A stretch of 64,000 bases of DNA, taken from assembly GCA_009914755.4 (NCBI GenBank), contig CP068257.2, positions 20,992,001-21,056,000 on the forward strand, in the 5' to 3' direction. The DNA comes from the human T2T-CHM13v2.0 reference genome, Homo sapiens. The notes under the pieces were generated by a model. That model had not been told where the DNA came from, did no database searches, and saw only the letters and a program-made list of their open reading frames with translations. The stretch's first letter is position 1. Every line of letters begins with the position of its first letter. The translations under genes and the position numbers were made by a program. Of this stretch, positions 56,885 through 64,000 are shown piece after piece.

Positions 56885-59800
56885 ATGAAAGCAGAGCATA
56901 ACTGCTTCCACTTATAAGTGAGAACATGTGTTGTTTGGTTTTCTGTTCCTGCATTAGTTTGCTGAGGATAATGGCTTCCAGCTTCATCCATGTCCCTGCA
57001 AGGGACATGATCTCATTTTTTATGGCTGCATAGTATTCCATAGTGTATATGTACCACATTTTCTTCATCAAGTCTATCATTAATGGATGTTTGGGCTTAT
57101 TCTGTCTTTGCTATTGTGAGTATTGCTGCAGTGAACACGTGTGCATGTATCTCTGTAATAGAATGATTTACATTCCTTTGGGTATACACTCAGTAATGGG
57201 ATTGCTGGGTCAAATTGTATTTCTGGTTCTACATCTTTGAGGAATCACCACACCATCTTCCACAATAATTAAACTAATTTACATTCCCACCAAAAGTGTA
57301 AAAGCATTCCTATTTTATGCAACGTCACCAGCATCTGTTGTTTCTTGACTTTTTAAAAATTGCCATTCTGACTGGCGTGAGATGGTATCTCATTGCGGTT
57401 TTGAATTGTGTTTCTCTAATAATCAGTGATGATTGGCTTTTTTTCGTATGTTTGTTGGCTGAATGAATGTCTTCTTTCAAGAAGTGTCTGTTCATGTCAT
57501 TTGCCCACTTTTTGATGCACTTGTTTGTTCAGATGGTTGTAGATGTTTGGTCTTATTTCTAAATTCTCTATTCTGTTCCATTGGTCTATGTGTCTGTTTT
57601 TGTACAAGTACCATGTTCTTTTGTTTACTGTAGCTTTGTAGTATAGTTTGAAGTCAGGTAGTGTGATGTCTCCCAGTTTGTTCTTTTTGCTTAGGATTAT
57701 CTTGGCTATATTAACTCTTTTTTGTTCCATAATGATTTTAAAATCGTTTCTTCTATTTCTGTGTAGAATGTCAATGCAATTTAAGGAGACTATAATTGAA
57801 TCTGTAAATTACTTTGGGCAGTATAGCCATTTTCACAATATTGATTATTCATATCTGTGAACATGGAATGTTTTTCCATTTGTTTGTGTCCTCTCTGATT
57901 TCCTTGAGCAGTGGTTTGTAGGTCTACTTAAAGAGATCTTTTACTTCCCTTGTTAGTTGTATTCCTAGGTATTTTATTCTCTTTGTAGACGTTGTGAATG
58001 GCAGTCTACATGAATGTTAATTCATGATTTGGATCTCTGCTTCTCTGTTGTTGCTGTATAGGATTGCTTGTGACTTTTGCACATTGATTTTGTATCCTGA
58101 GACTTTGCTGAAGTTGCTTATCAACTTCAGAAGCCTTTGTGCTGGGATGATGGGGTTTTCTAGATACAAGATCGTATCATCTGCAAACAAAGACAATTTG
58201 ACTTCCTCTCTTCCTATTTGAATACTCTTTCTTTCTTTCTCTTGCCTTATTGCCCTGGCTAGAACTTCCAATATGATGTTGAATAGGAGTGGTGAGAGAG
58301 GGCATTCTTGTCTTGTGTGAGTTTTCAAGGGGAATACTTCCAGTTTTTGCCCATTCAGTATGATATTGGCTGTGGGTTTGTCATATATGGCTCTTATTAT
58401 TTTGAGGTATGTTCCTTCAATACCTAGTTTATTGAGAGTTTTTAACATGAAGGGATGTTGAATTTTATTGAAGGCCTTTTCTGCATCTATTGAGAAAATT
58501 CTGTGGTTTTTGTCATTGGTTCTGTTTATGTGATGGATTACATTTATTGACTTGCATATATTGAACCAGCCTTGCATCCCAGGGATGAAGCCAACTTGAT
58601 TGTGGTGGATAAGCTTTTTGATGTGCTGCTGGATTTGGTTTGCCAATATTTTATTGAGGATTTTTGCATTGATGTTCATCAGGGATATTGGCCTGAAATT
58701 TTCTTTGTTTGTTATATTTCTGCCAGGCTTTTGTATCAGGATGATGTTGGCCTCATGAAATGAGTTAGGAAGGAGGTCCTCCTTTCTAATTGTTTTGAAT
58801 AGTTTCAGAAGAAAGGGTATCAGCTCCACTTCATATCTCTGGTAGAATTCAGCTGTAAATCCATCTGGTCCTGGGCTTTCTTTGGTTGGTAGGCTATTTA
58901 TTACTGTATCAATTTCAGAACTTGTTATTGGTCTATTCAGGGATTCAACTTCTACCTGGTTCAGTCTTGGGAGGGTATATGTGTCCAGGAATTTATCCAT
59001 TTCTTCCAGATTTTCTCATTTATTTGCATACAGGTGTTTACAGTATTCTCTGATGGTTTTTTATATTTCTTTGGGGTCAGTGATGATGTCCCCTTTATTA
59101 TTTTTCATTGTGTCTATTTGATTCTTCTCTCTTTTCTTCTTTATTAGTCTAGCTAGCAGTCTATCTATTTTATTAATTTTTTCAAAAGAAAAAAGCTCCT
59201 GGATTTATTAATTTTTGAAGGGCTTTTTGTGTCTCTATCTCCTCTAGTTCTGCTCTGAGCCTGGTTACTTCTTGTCTTCTGCTAGGTTTGGAGTTTGTTT
59301 GCTCTTGGTTCTCAAGTTCCTTCAGTTTCGATGTTAGGATGTTGACTTGAGATCTTTCTATCTTTTTTTGATGTGGGCATTTAGTGCTATAAATTTCCCC
59401 TTAACACTGCTTTAGCTGCGTCCCAGAGATTCTGGTATGTTGTGTGGCATTTTCTTGATTTCTGCCTTAATTTCATTATTGACCTGAGTCATCCAGGAGC
59501 AGGTTGTTTAATTTCCATGTAGTTGTGTGGTTTTCAGTGAGCTTTTGAGTTCTAATTTGATTGTATTGTGTCTTAGAGACTGTGTGTTATGATTTCAGTT
59601 CTTTTGCATTTGCTGAGAAATTTACTTCCAATTATATGATCAATTTCAGAGTAAATGCCATGTTCTGCTGAGAAGAATGTATATTATGTTGTTTTGTGGT
59701 GGAGAATTCTGTAGGTATATATCAGGTCCACTTGATCCAGGGCTGAGTTTAAGTCCTGAATGTATTTGTTAACTTTCTGTCTTGATGATCTGTCTAATAT

Positions 59801-60838
59801 TGACAGTGTGGTGTGTTAAAGTCTCCCACTACTATTGTGTGGAGTCTAAGACTCTTCGTAGGTCTCTATGAACTTGTTTCATGAATCTGGGTGCTCCTGT
59901 ATTGGGTGCATATATGTTTAGGATAGCTCTCCTGGTTTAATTGACCTCATTACCATTATGTAATGCTCATCTTTGTCTTTTTTGATCTTTGTTGGTTTAA
60001 AGCCTGTTTTGTCAGAAACTAGGATTGCAACTCCTATCTTTTTTCTGTTTTCCATTTGTTTGGTAAATTTTCCCCCATCCCTTTATTTTGAGTCTATATG
60101 TGTCTTTGCATTTGAGATAGGTCTCTTGAATACAGCACACTGATGGATCTTGACTTTTTATCCAGCTTGCCATCTGCACCTTTTAATTGGGGCATTTAGC
60201 TCCTTTACATTAAAAGGTTAATATTGTTATGTGTTAATTTGATTCTGTCATCAGGATGCTAGCTGGTTATTTTGCAAACTTGTTCACATACTTGCTTCAT
60301 AGCGCTATTGGTCTGTGTACTTCATTGTGTTTTTGCAGTGGCTGATAATGTTATTTTCCTTTCCATATTTAGTGCTTCCTTCAGGAACTCTTGCAAGACA
60401 GGCCTGGTGGTGACAAATTCTTTCAAAATTTGCTTGTCTGAAAAAGATCTTATTTCTCCTTCTCTTATGAAGCTCAGTTTGGCCAGATATGAAATTCTAG
60501 GTTGGAAATTATTTTATTTATGAATATTGAATATTGGACCCTAATTTCTTCTGGCTTGTAGGGTTTCCTCTGAGAGGTCTGCTGTAAGTCTGATGGGCTT
60601 CCCCTTATAGGTGACCTGGCTTTTCTCTCTGGCTGCCCTTAACATATTTTCCTTCATTTCAACCTTGGAGAATCTGACAGTTATGTGTATTGGGGTTGAT
60701 CTTCTGGTGGAGGATCTTATTGGGGGTTCTCTGGATTTCCTGAATTTGAATGCTGGCCTGTCTTGACAGGTTGGGGAAGTCCTCCTGGATGATATCTTGA
60801 AGTGTGTTTTCCAACTTGGTTCTGTTCTCCCCACCTCA
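56885..60838 (-). mobile_element. L1PA-type element, minus orientation, ~3.95 kb: ORF2 essentially full span (~56885-60230), inter-ORF spacer, ORF1 C-terminal two-thirds (to 60838). It is 5'-truncated within ORF1 and lacks the 3' UTR and poly-A
   Basis: Antisense ORF2 C-terminus at 56885-57500 (minus ORF 56874..57080 reads MIDLMKKMWYIYTMEYYAAIKNEIMSLAGTWMKLEAIILSKL...FSLI). RT ORF at 58017..59000. Antisense EN start and ORF1/ORF2 junction at ~60150-60320. ORF1 remnant ORF 60541..60870 (...TPIHITVRFSKVEMKENMLRAAREKSQVTYKGKPIRLTADLSEETLQARR). L1 homology stops abruptly at the ORF2 stop codon region (~56885) with no UTR or A-tail. Confidence 0.85.
58017..59000 (-). pseudogene. L1 ORF2p reverse-transcriptase domain ORF (327 aa, the longest ORF in the window); remnant of a disrupted ORF2, not an intact gene
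   Basis: [30 protein letters not shown]...[15 protein letters not shown]...[47 protein letters not shown]...[56 protein letters not shown]...[13 protein letters not shown]...KINVQKS contains the RT hallmarks including F/YADD. Flanking ORF2 frames are broken in the ORF track. Confidence 0.9.
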
Positions 60839-62950
60839 ATCTTTATTAGAAAAAAATTATGGATACACAACAGATGTATACATTTTTGGAGTACACGTGA
60901 ACGGTTTATACAAGCTTACAATGTGTAATGATCAAATCTGAGTAATTAGGATATCATTAACTTCAAACATTTATTATTTCTTTTTGTTCGGAACCTCCAA
61001 ATCATCTCTTCTTGCTATTTTGAAATATATAGTAAATTATTGTGTACTATGGTGGCCTTATTGTGCTATCAAACTTTATATCTTATTCCTTCTATCTAAC
61101 TGTATTTTTAACCAATTAACCAGCTCCTCTCCATTTTCTTCCCCACACTACCCATTCTGGCCTCTGGTAATGACCATTCTATCCACTACCTCCATGAGAT
61201 TTTTTTTTTTTTTTTTAGTTCTCACATATGAGCGAGAACATGAGATCCATACTTGGCTTATTTAACTTTACATAATATCTTTCAATATCATCTATGTTGC
61301 TTCAGATGATAGACTTTTATCCTTTTATGGCTGAATAATATTTGATTGTATGTATATGCCACGTATTCTTTATCCATTCATCTACTGGTGGACACTTAGG
61401 TTGTTACCATATCTTGGCTATTTTGAACAGTGCTATAATAAATATGGGAATGCAGATATCACCTTGTTATACAAATTTTATTTCTGTTTGATGCATACCC
61501 AGCAGTGAGCTTGCTGGACCATACAGTAGTTCTCTTTTTAGTTCTTTTGAGAAACCTCTATGTTTTTCATAGTGACTATACTAATTTTCATTTTCACTAA
61601 CAGCATACAAGTGTTCCCCCTTCTCCACACTCTCACCAGCATTTATTATTATTTGCCTTTTTGATGGTAGCCATTTTAAATGGAGTGATACGATATGTCA
61701 CTGTAGTTTTGATTTGCATTTTTCTGATGATTAATGATATTGGACAATTTTCAGATATCTGTTGGCCATTTGTGTGTAAACTTTTAAAATGTCTATTTAG
61801 ATCTTTTGCTCATTTTTAAATTGGACTATCTGTATTTTTGCTATTGAGTTGTTTGAGTTTGTCATGTACTCTGAGTATTAGCCTCTTGTGAGAAAAATAG
61901 TTTGCAAACAATTTCTTCCATTCTGTATGTTGTCTCTTCACCTTCTTGTTTGCTTTGCTGTGCAGAAGCTTTTTAGCTTGATGTAATATTGTCAATTTTT
62001 GCTTTGCTTGCCTGCACTTTTGAGGTTACGCTCAATAAATCTTCCCCTAATCAATGTCCTAAAGCATTTCTCCTGTGTTTTCTTCTAATAGTTTCACAGC
62101 TTCAGATTTTACATTTAAATCTTTAATCTATTTTGATTTAATTTTTATATACGGAGAGAGATAGGGGTCTTGTTTCATTCTTCTGGACATAATTATCCAG
62201 TTTTCCTAGGACCACTTATTGAAGAGACTCTTCTTTCCCCAAGATGTGTTCTTAGTGCCTTTGTTGAAAATGTGTTGACTGTAATGCATGGATTTATTTC
62301 TGGGCTCTCTACTTTGTTCCATTGGTCACTGTGTCTGTTTTTATGCAACTATTATGTTATTTGGATTACTATAGCTTTGTAGTGTAATTTGAAGTTAGAT
62401 AGTATGTGATGCCTCCAAGTTTGTTCTTTTTGGTCAGAATTGTGTTAGCTATTCGGAGCCTTTTAAGATTCCATATACATTCCAGGATTTTTTTTTTTCT
62501 GTGAAGAATATCATTGTTATGCTGATGGGGATTAGGCATTTTAAATGCATTTTTGACTTAATATTTTCAATTTGTGATGCGTTTATTGGGATATAATTCC
62601 ATGTTAGTTGAGGAGCGTATTTACATATGTGTGTATGTGTATACACACACATATAATCTCGAGTTATTTCATCAGCCTATATGTCTCTAATCTTACAGCA
62701 CATATAAATTGTTACAGATATTTTTGTTGTCCTCATGTATTTTATATACCATTCACATGCTTTTACCCATTGTCTTCAGTTAACATCTCATAGAGCACTG
62801 ATGCTGTCTCTTCATTTTTGTGTGTGTAGAACTCTGTCTTTAGTAAGTAAACATTTTTGACCAGGCACTTAAAGTTTTGATTAAACATATTAATTTATCC
62901 ATGCTCATTTCTATTTTATAGCACGTTATTAATTTAAAAATTAAGTCAAC
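60839..62950 (-). mobile_element. Older L1 (L1PB-like) 3' portion, minus orientation: 3' UTR terminus at 60839 then ORF2 C-terminal region; the right boundary is approximate
   Basis: 60839 onward is ctttattagaaaaaaattatggatacacaacagatgtatacatttttggagtacacgtgaacggtttatacaagcttacaatgtgtaatgatcaaatctgagtaattaggatatcattaac..., the reverse complement of an L1PB-type 3' end (...tgatatcctaattac...tgatcattacacattgtaagcttgtataaacc...ccataatttttttctaataaag). 61190-62480 is antisense ORF2 (...agttctcacatatgagcgagaacatg...; ...tgatgcctccaagtttgttctttttggtcagaattgtgttagctattcgg...). Confidence 0.75.
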
Positions 62951-64000
62951 TGGGCTTTAACACTTAAAGATATCTCAACAGAAGCCAAAGGTACTAAACA
63001 TCAAAAAACAAGAAATGATTTTTTTTTGTAACATTTTAACTTATATTTTAACTTTCAGTCACAATTGGGAGACTTATGACCTTTTAGGGTTTTCCAAATC
63101 ATCTAAGAAACAGTGATTTCAAATAAGTTTCATCTGTGATCCTGCCCAGCAGAACGATGTGGGTAATTTAAAAATTACATGCCATGATCAATCTGCCAAG
63201 AGTTTCCTCTATTACATTCACTGACATTTCCACAGTGCACAGACACATTTGTAAGAGAACTTTGTACAATGAAATGAATTAGATTAATGGAAGAGAAGAG
63301 GAGTCCTAAATCCATATAGGCATATTTTGTTGAAACAATTTCTGCAAGTTCTTTTGACAGAAGGAATTCTTCTTTAAATGTCATACTGAAAACTACAAAA
63401 ACAGACTTGTCCTGATTCTGAGTATACTCACAAGAGTGTTTCACTCATCCACTCTTAGAAAACATTTAATAATCAATTGTAGTACATTAAATTCTATTTG
63501 TATGATATGAAATTTAAGAGAGATATTAGAAAAACATGCCTAATCAAACATTTATTTTATTGGTTTTAACACTACACCAAACACATTTCTATTTTACTAA
63601 TAAAAATTTTTATTCAAAGACATTTTTCTCAGATACAGGGATATGTAATTATATTACAGAAATAAGTCTGATTGATAGATTCAGAAATGTTTAAATGGAA
63701 GAAAACCAATAATCTCTCATGTAACTTGCCTGTGGTATAGAGCTAGTTATGCCAAGACTAGTTATAAGATGGTTTTATAATTTTACATTTTTATTTTATA
63801 CTATTTCTTATATTTATTTATGAAGGGATAATTCTTCTGCCTTCAGTTTAGTTTAAACCTTGTTTTGCTTATGACATATAATACAGTGTTATCTCTAAAT
63901 GATTTACTGATTTGTCTTTTTAAAAATATTTCTAACCTTTATATAAGAAACAAAAATAAATATACATGTAAAATGAAGCACTTTGAATCACATTTTTGTC

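Overview
This window is primate, almost certainly human or hominoid, nuclear genomic DNA. It is not a prokaryotic locus and contains no CRISPR array, operon, defence system or other novel biological system. It is AT-rich, has no CpG island, and I see no convincing protein-coding exon and no rRNA or tRNA. The content is dominated by retrotransposons. There are about 18 Alu copies, one interrupted by a solo LTR and two forming a tail-to-tail inverted pair 28 bp apart. Four younger L1 (L1PA/L1PB-type) insertions are present; three of them carry 5' inversions with intact target-site duplications (the classic twin-priming structure). A long ancient L1M-like element in + orientation is interrupted by two Alus, an unclassified 670-bp insert and a full-length THE1 (ERVL-MaLR) element with both LTRs. 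There is also a second truncated THE1, an MLT1/MST-type solo LTR, a MADE1 (Hsmar1) MITE and numerous microsatellites. The most unusual non-TE structure is a ~240-bp near-palindromic (TA)n(TG)n/(CA)n(TA)n tract bracketed by a perfect 20-bp inverted repeat (16475-16714), which may form a cruciform. Every ORF longer than 100 aa in the six-frame track is explained by L1 ORF1/ORF2 remnants, Alu sequence, THE1 internal sequence or simple repeats. Coordinates are read by eye from the printed sequence, so expect errors of a few bp. Family and subfamily names come from recognising consensus sequences from memory and should be confirmed with RepeatMasker or Dfam.
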